From the NCBI GenBank assembly GCA_965197475.1, contig CBDANF010000003.1, positions 3,968,001 through 4,032,000 on the forward strand: a DNA stretch of 64,000 bases. Direction: 5' to 3'. Below are positions 37,388-46,773 of this stretch, in pieces. Within the stretch, counting starts at the first letter, position 1; every line of letters begins with the position of its first letter. The position numbers and the translations under genes were made by a program. Origin of the DNA: Candidatus Poribacteria bacterium (GTDB taxonomy: Bacteria > Poribacteria > WGA-4E > WGA-3G). Under the pieces are notes generated by a model. The model saw only the letters and a program-made list of their open reading frames with translations. It had not been told where the DNA came from and ran no database searches.

Positions 37388-39022
37388 TTATGAAACTGTG
37401 ACGTTTAAGGATTTCTCATCACTCTCTTTGTACCCTATCCGAATTGCTTTTGCCCGCACGGTTGTTTGACCTTTCGGCAAACGCAAAGGCTCGGTATACA
37501 ACTGCCATTGAACGTCTTCACCCTGTTCTGTTGTATACGCAATTGATGCGCCTTGCGTAGAACAGTGGAGTTGCAAAAGCAGAGGTGCTTCCCACTTGCC
37601 AGCCTCATTAGCAGGCTCCCTACCGGGATGAGATGTGTTAATTGGAATAAAGATTGGGGACGCTGTTTGTGGTTGCACCCCGTTAGGGTACCACTTTGCC
37701 ACCATCTGTTCTTCAGATATATCTCCCATATCCCCAAATTCAGATTGCCACTGCGCCAACGCTCCACGCATCCGCTCAAGCACATTTGCATGTGCTGCAT
37801 TCTGCGCCAAGTTATTAAGTTCAAATTTGTCATTTTCAACATCATAGAGCTCTTCTGTTGGACGTGGTGATTGGAACATGACCAATTGGTCTCCCTCTAA
37901 TTTGCCTTCAGCATACAGTCGCCACATCTCCTGCATCACAGGGTGTCGGTTTCGGTAAGGAACCCAGAGAAGATACGGTTTTTCCGGATAGTAATTGCGG
38001 ATGTATTTATACTTTTTGTCGCGTACAGCACGTATCATGTCGTAGGATTCATCGTAACGGTCGCGCGTTGCGAAGATATAGTCACGTTCTTCTGTTTCTG
38101 GGCCGAGGAAGGTTTTTCCTTGAAGATGTTGCGGTGCTTGTACACCACATAACGACAGCACAGTTGGTCCGAGGTCAATCAAACTCACCAATTGATCACT
38201 TTCAGTTCCTGGACTAATTTGTCCGTGCCATCGTACAATCAACGGAATGCGTATCCCTGCATCGTAGGGCCATCGTTTTCCACGGGGGAGTCCTTCACCG
38301 TGGTCGCTCCAGAGAAAAACGATCGTATTTTCTGCGAGTCCATCTTCTTCCAACTGTCCTAACAACTTACCCACACGCGCATCGGCTGTGGCAAGGTTAT
38401 CATACTGTCGGGCGAGTGCGGCACGTGCTTTGGGGGTGTCTGGAAGATACGGCGGTAATTTCACATCATCTGGGTTAGTTTTCAAAGGTCTATCGTTTCG
38501 TTCCCACATACCGCTTTCATGCGTAACTGTAGGGTTAAAAACTGAAAAGAAGGACTGTCCTTCCTTGCGATTTCGCCAGTGTGCTTTATTACTGCTGTCA
38601 TCCCATGCAGTAACCGGTGGTGTAAACTGATAATCGGTTTTGCTATTGTTAGTGCAGTAGTAGCCAGTACCTCTCAAGTATTCCGTAAAGGTTTTGACGT
38701 AGGGTGGCGGAACAGCAGAATACGGCGTTGGCCTGTATGGCATATTGCGCGTATGCGTCGTTCGCATGTGGTGTGTTCCAATAGAGGTTTGATACATACC
38801 GGTGATGATAGCGGAACGACTGGGCGCACAGACACCCGCCGTTGAAAAGGCATTTGGAAACCGACATCCGCCAGCAGCGAGTCGGTCAATATTTGGGGTG
38901 CAAGCGATTGGGTCTCCATAGCAACCAAATCTGGGGGTTGTATCCTCTAAAGAGATCCAGAGAATATTCGGACGAAGATCTGAATACGGAATTTGATCGG
39001 TGATCAAGTTTGGTGGGGACAT
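37388..39022 (-). CDS. Sulfatase with C-terminal chitobiase/FN3-associated-like domain
   Basis: CAPSRSAIITG, SDHG, GKRWPYD; C-terminal STQGASIAYT...LYTEPL...KAIRIGYK. Confidence 0.92.
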   Translation of the reverse strand: MSPPNLITDQIPYSDLRPNILWISLEDTTPRFGCYGDPIACTPNIDRLAAGGCRFPNAFSTAGVCAPSRSAIITGMYQTSIGTHHMRTTHTRNMPYRPTPYSAVPPPYVKTFTEYLRGTGYYCTNNSKTDYQFTPPVTAWDDSSNKAHWRNRKEGQSFFSVFNPTVTHESGMWERNDRPLKTNPDDVKLPPYLPDTPKARAALARQYDNLATADARVGKLLGQLEEDGLAENTIVFLWSDHGEGLPRGKRWPYDAGIRIPLIVRWHGQISPGTESDQLVSLIDLGPTVLSLCGVQAPQHLQGKTFLGPETEERDYIFATRDRYDESYDMIRAVRDKKYKYIRNYYPEKPYLLWVPYRNRHPVMQEMWRLYAEGKLEGDQLVMFQSPRPTEELYDVENDKFELNNLAQNAAHANVLERMRGALAQWQSEFGDMGDISEEQMVAKWYPNGVQPQTASPIFIPINTSHPGREPANEAGKWEAPLLLQLHCSTQGASIAYTTEQGEDVQWQLYTEPLRLPKGQTTVRAKAIRIGYKESDEKSLNVTVS

Positions 39023-39177
39023 ATAATTTCCTTTTTCGAGAATGTGGAAGTTAATACAGAAAATATCTGGGAAACAGTAATACCAATATACTCTAATCAG
39101 AGATTTAAGTCAACCCTAATCGTTGAAACATCAAGGTATATTGAATTGTCATTGTCTCCTAAAGCTCTAATCAAGTA

Positions 39178-40014
39178 TTACGAGTTCCAACAACCCTCTG
39201 TATACGCCTCACGATCAAATAACTTCTGACGTTCCGGAGTGGCACGTTCTATCCATTCCGAAGGGATTTCTTGGGTGTAACGATGCGGCGGGCCCGCCTC
39301 TTTGAAGATGTCTATGTTGAAAATACGGTAAAGCTGCGGGGAATCCACAGACTTCGCTTCCACTCCGTGGAAGATGCGAGCGTCGATGTAGACCATACTT
39401 CCTGGCGGCAATTCAAGCCGTTTCTCTTCCAATGTGCGTCCAGCCTCTATGTCAAACTCGCCTGTGAGCATCCGATCCGGTGTTGCCTCTTTCGTCGGCG
39501 CGACCTTGTGGCTACCCGGTATAACTTTTAGATTCCGATCACCGCGTGTGAAGCCGTTCGGATAGTACAGTATCTGGATGTAGTAGTTATCACGTTCTGC
39601 AAGGTTGACCGGGTTCTCATGCTTCCAATGGTGATGGTCCTGATGAAATTGAATTGGCCCGATTCCACGGGGTGCGATGTTGAGTGCAGAGTGACAGAAG
39701 TGGTACGCGTCGCCGATGGTTGCCCGTATCAGTGCTGTAATAAAGGGATCGTCAATAAGTCTATCGCTATATTCACCGCGATCGTTCCATGGACGGATGA
39801 AATAGGCGCGCTCCTGTTCATCACCGTTATTCAATGTTTCAATATACTGACGCGTAGGTTCAAAACGTTGTGTTATTTCCTCAATTAAGCCTTCTCTTCC
39901 ATCGTCAGTGAAAACATCTGGGTAAGCGATGTACCCATCGTTATGAAATGAATCAATCTCTTCCTGTGAGGGGCCTGATAAGCGGAAGAGTGAATCAAGT
40001 TTGGTTGTTTCCAT
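39178..40014 (-). CDS. PhyH-family Fe/2OG dioxygenase
   Basis: FHNDGY, FHQD, IPGSH, IFHG. Confidence 0.85.
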   Translation of the reverse strand: METTKLDSLFRLSGPSQEEIDSFHNDGYIAYPDVFTDDGREGLIEEITQRFEPTRQYIETLNNGDEQERAYFIRPWNDRGEYSDRLIDDPFITALIRATIGDAYHFCHSALNIAPRGIGPIQFHQDHHHWKHENPVNLAERDNYYIQILYYPNGFTRGDRNLKVIPGSHKVAPTKEATPDRMLTGEFDIEAGRTLEEKRLELPPGSMVYIDARIFHGVEAKSVDSPQLYRIFNIDIFKEAGPPHRYTQEIPSEWIERATPERQKLFDREAYTEGCWNS

Positions 40015-40168
40015 AGTGTTATTCCTATCATTATTGTGGAGCGCGGGTACGCCTGCTGATTTAGTTTGACGTATAATCTCTTTAAGAGTACAATTTTATT
40101 ATTCTTTGATAATATGTGCAATAAAAATTTCAGACTAACACGTAATTTTGATAGCAAGAGAAGAAACA

Positions 40169-40384
40169 TTGCAAAATCTTGACCGCATAACGTTTGATCC
40201 AAATGTAATGGGTGGCAAAGCATGTATCCGAGGCATGCGGGTTACCGTCGGAACAGTTGTTGGATTGATTGCCTCTGGTTATTCCAATGCTGATATTCTG
40301 AATGCTTATCCCTATTTGGAAGAAGAAGATATCTGTCAATCTCTCTCCTATGCCGCATGGCGAGTTACGGACTCTACTCTTTAA
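40169..40384 (+). CDS. DUF433 family antitoxin-like protein (orphan)
   Basis: RITFDPNVMGGKACIRGMRVTV...AYPYLEEEDI; TTG start. Confidence 0.85.
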   Translation: MQNLDRITFDPNVMGGKACIRGMRVTVGTVVGLIASGYSNADILNAYPYLEEEDICQSLSYAAWRVTDSTL

Positions 40385-40403
40385 ATCTGAGGATTTGTAA
40401 CCT

Positions 40404-41876
40404 TTACATTCTGCTGTGACCTTCCTGTTTAAACCTGTCCAACAATACCGTTAATCGTTGCACAATTTCGGGACGACTTGACCACAGATTTTCAGTTTCA
40501 CCTGGGTCATCAAAAATATGATATAACTGCCCTGGAGTCCCTGGTTTAGGACCTCCATCGCGGGGTGGAGGCCATCCGCCCGATCCCTGTGTGCCTAAAA
40601 CCAATTTCCACTCGCCGTGCCGTATAGAAAAAACGCCGGTACTGGAATGATGTACAATAGCCTCTCGTAGCGGTTTTTCTGTCTCTTCACCTAACAGTGC
40701 GGACAAAATATTACAACTGTCCTGTCCAGCATCGTCGGGGACATCCGATCCTACGATCGCTGCAGATGTTGCCATCAGATCTGTTAAGCAGACCAATTCA
40801 TCCGTTGCCGTATTAGGTTGAATGACACCCGGCCAGCGCGCAATAAACGGTTCGCGATGTCCGCCTTCCCAGATGTGTGCTTTGTATCCGCGCCAGTCTC
40901 CGCAAGATTTGTGGTCATAGAGATTATATGGCATCGGACTGTTGCCACCCCGAATTCGGTCGCCAGGCAGTGCGCCGTTGTCGCTTGTAACAAAAATCAA
41001 AGTCTCGTCGGTTTTACCTGTACGATCTAACGCTTCCATTATTTCACCCACCATCCAATCTACTAACCAGACCAGATCGCCGCGCGGTCCAGCATCGCTC
41101 TGCCCGCGGGCAAATTCTGGCACAACCTCGACGACACACGGTTCATGCGGTGCCGAGGGTGTCAGATAAAGAAAGAACGGTTCATCCGAATCGGCTTGTG
41201 CGTCAATATATTCAACAGCCTTTTGTGCAATCATCGGGTCGGCATCTTTATGCTGCCAACTCGGGGCAGTCATCCCTGGTCGACCTGTAAAATCTGGCAC
41301 TCCACGGTATTCACTTGGAATTTCAACAAAAGCGTCATTTTCAATAAAACCGTAAGGGGGTTGGCACGTTGGGCAGCCTGAGGTGCCATAGAAATAGTCA
41401 AAACCGATATCAATTGGACCGCTTGTCAATGGTGCGTTGAAATTTATATGTTCCTCTAATTCTCGTTTGGCATTCCCCCAAGGCAGCGGCGCATCGAAAT
41501 CGTAATCGTATCCCGGTTTTGTCGAAAATCCGAGTCCTAAATGCCATTTACCGACACATGCGGTGTTGTAACCTGTATCTTTCAGCAAACCAGCAACTGT
41601 TAGTCTTTCTGATTCGATTAAAGGGGGTTCGTATCCGTAAAGCACACCACGTTTTAGACGACTCCGCCAGCAATATCTGCCTGTTAAGACACCATATCGC
41701 GTCGGCGTGCAAACAGCAGAAGGGGAATGTGCATCTGTGAAGCGAATTCCTTCCTGCGCAAGTTGATCCATATTAGGGGTGGGAATTTTTGAGTCCGGGT
41801 TATAGCATCCGACATCGCCATAGCCCATATCATCTGCCATAATAAATACAATATTCGGTAATTTTTGATTGTCCAT
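40404..41876 (-). CDS. Arylsulfatase
   Basis: ADDMGYGD, CTPTRYGVLTG, GKWHLG, WEGGHR. Confidence 0.93.
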   Translation of the reverse strand: MDNQKLPNIVFIMADDMGYGDVGCYNPDSKIPTPNMDQLAQEGIRFTDAHSPSAVCTPTRYGVLTGRYCWRSRLKRGVLYGYEPPLIESERLTVAGLLKDTGYNTACVGKWHLGLGFSTKPGYDYDFDAPLPWGNAKRELEEHINFNAPLTSGPIDIGFDYFYGTSGCPTCQPPYGFIENDAFVEIPSEYRGVPDFTGRPGMTAPSWQHKDADPMIAQKAVEYIDAQADSDEPFFLYLTPSAPHEPCVVEVVPEFARGQSDAGPRGDLVWLVDWMVGEIMEALDRTGKTDETLIFVTSDNGALPGDRIRGGNSPMPYNLYDHKSCGDWRGYKAHIWEGGHREPFIARWPGVIQPNTATDELVCLTDLMATSAAIVGSDVPDDAGQDSCNILSALLGEETEKPLREAIVHHSSTGVFSIRHGEWKLVLGTQGSGGWPPPRDGGPKPGTPGQLYHIFDDPGETENLWSSRPEIVQRLTVLLDRFKQEGHSRM

Positions 41877-41914
41877 ATTATACACCAAGAGAGAATAGCA
41901 GTTACAAAATCCTC

Positions 41915-43039
41915 CTATTGTAATTTCGCCTTTAATTCCGAGAGTTCTTTGTCAATTGATTCGTCTTCCGCGTAATTCGCAAATTCACGATGCAATTTGA
42001 TGTCTTTGAATTCAATATCTACTTCGGACGCTGCTTTTGCTAAAGCTGCAGCTTCAGTTACATTTTGTCCCATTTTCTTAAGAATCTCAAAAGCTTCACT
42101 ATCTTGGAACTCTGTCAACGTTTGGTGCAGATGTTCGTGTGCGTCAACGTTTCTGTGTTGTGCAATGACAACATCCCTTTCCCTCTGTGTTTCCTGAGTT
42201 TTCTGTTGCAGTGTTTCAAGGAGTGTTGTGAGATGTGCGACTGTCTGTTTCTGTTCTTCCCACTGCGTTTTATATTGAGTTGCAAGTTGTCTGTATTCAT
42301 TTCTTTGTGTGAGGTCTTCCCGCGCAAGGTCTTCACGTCCAGCCTTGAGTGAGATAATTGCGCGTTCCTCACACCGTTCGGCTTGGACAACAGCACCCTC
42401 ATGAGCGTTTTGAAACTGTTTCTCTATTCCTATAGAAGCATCAACCTTATGTTTTGCTTCTGAAAACCGATTTGTGATCTCAAGGATTACATCCTCTAAA
42501 ACCTTTTCAAGGTCCTTTTCTTCATCTTCCTTTTCAGATTCGACCTCAGATTCCGTTTCAGACACCATTTCGACGAGTATTGAATCTAATTTGATAACAA
42601 CTGTCTCGGCGAGTTTATCACCCATCCGCTGTTTTTCTTTCCCCAACGCGAATAACCAGTCAATAGGCTGAAATATCGCTGAAAAACGACGGATGAACGC
42701 ATCTTTAAAGTTCGCAGGTTTTCCATCTTTCAAACGGACTATCCGTAAAGATAAGAGTTTCTTTCCAAATCCAGCCCCATTTTTGACACCGTCCATAAAA
42801 AATATGCCAAATATCCACAAGGCAGCACTTAAAAAGACCATTGTGCTTATTGTTAAACCATCTACAAACCGATAGTGTAGACCAACAACATTGTCAAGAA
42901 AATTCGCTTCTAAAAAACCGCCAAGAAACACAATACCTTGGCAAAAACCCAAGAAACCTATATCAAGTAAAAACGCACCTAACCTCGCCCATCGAGATGC
43001 CAATTTAAACTTTTTTCCTGCGACCCTAACAATAGACAT
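41915..43039 (-). CDS. RDD domain-PspA/IM30 fusion protein (copy 2)
   Basis: LASRWARLGAFLLD, GFGKKLLSLRIV, QRMGDKLAETVV (RDD), then PspA core (AGREDLAR, IDKELSELKAKL); RBS GGAG. Confidence 0.88.
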   Translation of the reverse strand: MSIVRVAGKKFKLASRWARLGAFLLDIGFLGFCQGIVFLGGFLEANFLDNVVGLHYRFVDGLTISTMVFLSAALWIFGIFFMDGVKNGAGFGKKLLSLRIVRLKDGKPANFKDAFIRRFSAIFQPIDWLFALGKEKQRMGDKLAETVVIKLDSILVEMVSETESEVESEKEDEEKDLEKVLEDVILEITNRFSEAKHKVDASIGIEKQFQNAHEGAVVQAERCEERAIISLKAGREDLAREDLTQRNEYRQLATQYKTQWEEQKQTVAHLTTLLETLQQKTQETQRERDVVIAQHRNVDAHEHLHQTLTEFQDSEAFEILKKMGQNVTEAAALAKAASEVDIEFKDIKLHREFANYAEDESIDKELSELKAKLQ

Positions 43040-43252
43040 TATTGCAACTCCTCCCATCTTATAAGAGTTTGCTGCTTCAAAAAAGATAGTTAAAAGATTG
43101 TTGTTGGAATATCCGTTTTTGTACTGCCCCACTCAAAATTGTGTTGAGTTTAGAGCATGCTCGGATAGCCTTAAATAGGGTTCTTGATCTGAATACAAGT
43201 TTGTAGAAAACTGAAGGGAATAGACTTGATAGTTTTCAAGGGTTGTCTGCGT

Positions 43253-44316
43253 TTACTGTAATTTCGCTTTTAATTCTGCGAGATCGTTGTCAATTGATGC
43301 TTCTTCAGCATAACCAGCAAATTCTCTGTTTAACTTTGTATCTCTAAGATCGATATCTACTTCAGATGCTGCTCTTGCTAACGTGGCGGCTTCACTGGCA
43401 TTTTGTTCCATTTTATTGAGAATTTCAAACGCTGTCCCATCTTGCATTTCTGTTAATGTTTCCTGAAGATGCTGGTGTGCATCAACATTTCTGTGTTGTG
43501 CGATGACAATATCTCTTTTTCTTTCTGCTTCCTCAGTCTTCTTTTGGAGCGTTTCAAGCAGAGTCGTGAGGTCAGCTACGACCTGTTTCTGTTCATCCCA
43601 CTGTGTTTTGTAGCGGTTTGCAAGTTGCCGATATTCGTTGCGTTGTGCGATATCCTCGCGTGCCAAGTCTTCTCTCCCTGCCTGTATCGCTATAGTTGCC
43701 CGTTCCTCACACCTTTCCGCTTGCACAACGGCACCTTCATAAGCGTTCTGAAACTGCTTTTCAATTCCAATAGACGCATCAACCTTTTGTTTTGCCTCTG
43801 ACAGCCGGTTTGTCATTTCAAGGATTGCATTCTCTAAAACCTTTTCGGGGTCTTTTACTGCTTCGGCTGCGATTTCTTCAAGATAAGGTTCATATTTCAC
43901 GACAACCGTCTCCGCGAATTTATCACCCATTCGCTGCCTTTTGCCACCGAGTGCAAAGAGCAGATCAAACGGCTGGAAAAAACCTGTGACTCGACGAATG
44001 AAAGAATCCTTAAAGGAACACGGTTTGCCATCTCTCAACCGAATAACCTGTAATGATAGTACCCTTTTGCCAAATCCTTGTCCGTTTTTGAATCCATCCA
44101 TGAAAAGTAGTCCGGCACTCCATAGTACTATACTTAGCAACATCATAAACGGAAGGGTCATAACAGCATTTCGGGGCATTAATAGCAATCCCCAATAAAT
44201 GAGACTAAAATGGAAGAGCAAAAAGAGGTGACAATTAGATCAAAGAAGAGCGCGAACATCCGAGCCGCTCGGGACGCTAATTTGAATTTTTTTCCTGCAA
44301 TTTCAAATGGTTCCAT
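43253..44316 (-). CDS. RDD domain-PspA/IM30 fusion protein (copy 1), apparently frameshifted near 44220
   Basis: ATG 44316 gives MEPFEIAGKKFKLASRAARMFALFFD, homologous to the copy 2 N-terminus; one extra base in the A5 run 44220-44224 would join it to the 43253-44221 ORF. Confidence 0.82.
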
Positions 44317-44467
44317 CGTGGACAAACCCCTTTTTGTCGAGAAAACCCATCCGTTGTTGAATTATGCCAAACTGACATCATCACCACCAAGACAGGTTTT
44401 CTTCGTCTTCAACTTATAACTTAATAATAGAGTCTCCAAAGTTAAAAAGGATAGCCAAATTTGGTGG

Positions 44468-45532
44468 TTACAACGTCGGTACTGTTACTGCTACTTCGCG
44501 TCCACCAGCCTCTGAAGAATCAATGACTCCCTGAATGATCACATTCGTAAGCAACACACCATAAGGATCAATCGGGGAAGGTTTGCCTTCACGGACTGCA
44601 TCAATAAATGCGCTATCCTCTTCATGGAATACACTTACTGATTCAAACTCAGTGAACGTTTCGTCGTGTATTTTGCCATCCTTGTCGCCATAGACGCGAA
44701 CTCCATCTTGCGGACCGCGGACTTCGCCGATACCGATTCGCAACCCCGCTTTTTTACCGAGAAAAATTGTGCCGCCCAGAGAATCCATATTCATGCACCA
44801 ACACGTCTTAAAGACCATGCGTGCGCCGTTGTCAAAAACTACCCAACCCACACCGAAGTCTTCCACTTCTGTCTCTCTAAGTGCGGGATTCCATGTGTTA
44901 TGTAGGCTAAGGTAGTTAGATGTAATACCAGAGACAGCAATAGGTTTGGGATGCCCCATTAAATAGAGTGCGGTATCCAATGCGTAAACACCGATGTCTG
45001 CAGACGCACCTAAACCGGCAGTTGCTTTACGGATAAAACTTCCACCGGGATTTCCGCGCCGCCGGTCTGCCACGGTTTCAACATAGTAGATGTCGCCAAG
45101 TGTGCCCGCGTCCACAACCTCTTTCGCTTTGATGACTTGTGGCGAATAACGAAGTTTGAGACCGATCCTCAGAATCTTATCGTTTTCTACTGAAGCGCGC
45201 CACATAGCAGTTGCCGCGTCCAACGTTGCCTCCATCGGCTTTTCACAGAAAACGTGTTTGCCCGCGTTTAATGCTGCAACGGTAGGTGCAGAATGCACAC
45301 CTGTAGGGGTACACACATACACTGCCTCAATCTCGTCCATTTTGAGCATTTCGTTGTAATCCGTAAATGTGTTTTTGATTTCCCACCGTTCTTTCGCTCG
45401 TTCCAAATTTCCCGGAACCAGATCAGCAGCTGCGATAATCTCAGCACCTTTAATTTCTGCAAGCGTTCCACAATGTGCCTGCGCAATACCGCCCGCACCA
45501 ATTAAACCTAATTTGACTGTTCTCATAGTCAT
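44468..45532 (-). CDS. Gfo/Idh/MocA family oxidoreductase
   Basis: IGAGGIA, VCTPTGVH, AGKHVFCEKP. Confidence 0.92.
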   Translation of the reverse strand: MTMRTVKLGLIGAGGIAQAHCGTLAEIKGAEIIAAADLVPGNLERAKERWEIKNTFTDYNEMLKMDEIEAVYVCTPTGVHSAPTVAALNAGKHVFCEKPMEATLDAATAMWRASVENDKILRIGLKLRYSPQVIKAKEVVDAGTLGDIYYVETVADRRRGNPGGSFIRKATAGLGASADIGVYALDTALYLMGHPKPIAVSGITSNYLSLHNTWNPALRETEVEDFGVGWVVFDNGARMVFKTCWCMNMDSLGGTIFLGKKAGLRIGIGEVRGPQDGVRVYGDKDGKIHDETFTEFESVSVFHEEDSAFIDAVREGKPSPIDPYGVLLTNVIIQGVIDSSEAGGREVAVTVPTL

Positions 45533-45604
45533 CTCCTCATCACAGATTTGTTCTATAGATTTTATCTTATTTTTCCGTTAGAAGTCAAGTGAATTTCTGC
45601 TTTG

Positions 45605-46661
45605 GGGTGTGTAAAGTTTTTGGCATAAAAATGAATTGAGTGGGGTCTTGCGAAGTATTTATAAAAATGGTATCCTTACCTAATAAACTATATACTCATA
45701 TAGGAGAGGGTACCAATGTTTAGTATATCATCAGAAAGTTGTGAAGTCAATGAACATAGAGAAGAAACGACCCAGTTTGTAAGAGAAGTAGAGGATTTTG
45801 TGTCAGACCTCACTTCACAAGAGTGTGTATCATTAGAAGATACCGAAGTGCTTGTCTCAGAAAAAGTCCGTTTGTGGGAACAGAGGCTTTAGAGATGTGT
45901 GTCTCTCAAAAGGCATCTGAGAAAGTGAGTGAACCTGTTGAATGTCCACAGTGTCAACAAGCGTGTCGTCCGTTGCGTCCAAGAGTTCGGTATATGACGA
46001 CGCTATGTGGTGTTATCCGTGTAGAGCGTTGGGTGTATTGTTGTGATCGTGGACATACCTATGTGCCGTGGGAGGCCAACCAGAAGTTGAAGGGCAAATA
46101 CACGCATCGTGTGGCAGAAGCAATGTGTCGTCTGGCAGCACTTCTTGACTTTAGAGAAGCTGCTTCGGAGTTGTCTCGTCAGGGATAGAAGTCCGCCATA
46201 CGACGTTACAACAGAAAGTGGGTGAATGGTCTCAAAAGTTGAGCGTTTGTGAACAGGTGGAAACACAAAAACTTGAGGTCAATCAGCGATGGTATGTGAG
46301 TTGTGATGGCTGTCGGACGAACTCACCGGATGGTTGGAAAGAAGTAAAAGTTGGTTGTATTTACAGGGATTATCCGCAACAGGGTTCGGATGCGACACTG
46401 AGTGTGAGGATGCCAAGTATCCGTTATGTTGCAACTCGTCCTGATGCGGCGCATTTTGGTAAGGAGTTGTTGCGTTAGCAACGCACAGCGGTATCTATCA
46501 AGAAGCTATAGATACCCAAGAAGTTGTCTTTATCGGGATGGTGCTGCGTGGATTTGGAACTTATCATTGGCGGTGTTTGTTGAAGAATAATGATTTGGGA
46601 CGGATATTGGTATCCAGACACAGAAGCCGCGTAATCTTCATGCCAAAAACTTTACATACCC
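45605..46661 (+). mobile_element. Decayed, internally deleted ISKra4/ISLre2 (UPF0236)-like insertion sequence
   Basis: 22-bp TIR GGGTRTGTAAAGTTTTTGGCAT at 45605-45626 and 46640-46661; fragments CPQC, VSCDG, WKEVKVG, IG/DGAAWIWN in shifting frames. Confidence 0.82.
45716..46634 (+). pseudogene. Transposase pseudogene
   Basis: Several frameshifts and stops; jumps from WIWN straight to a C-terminal WDGYW...EAA* tail. Confidence 0.8.
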
Positions 46662-46773
46662 AAATGAGAGTCTGTGCTTGACTTTTTCAATCGCATGTGG
46701 TATTACTGTTGTGATTGCTCATGGAATTTCAAACAGGTAGAAGACAAACCACGTTAATAACTTTGGAAGCATC

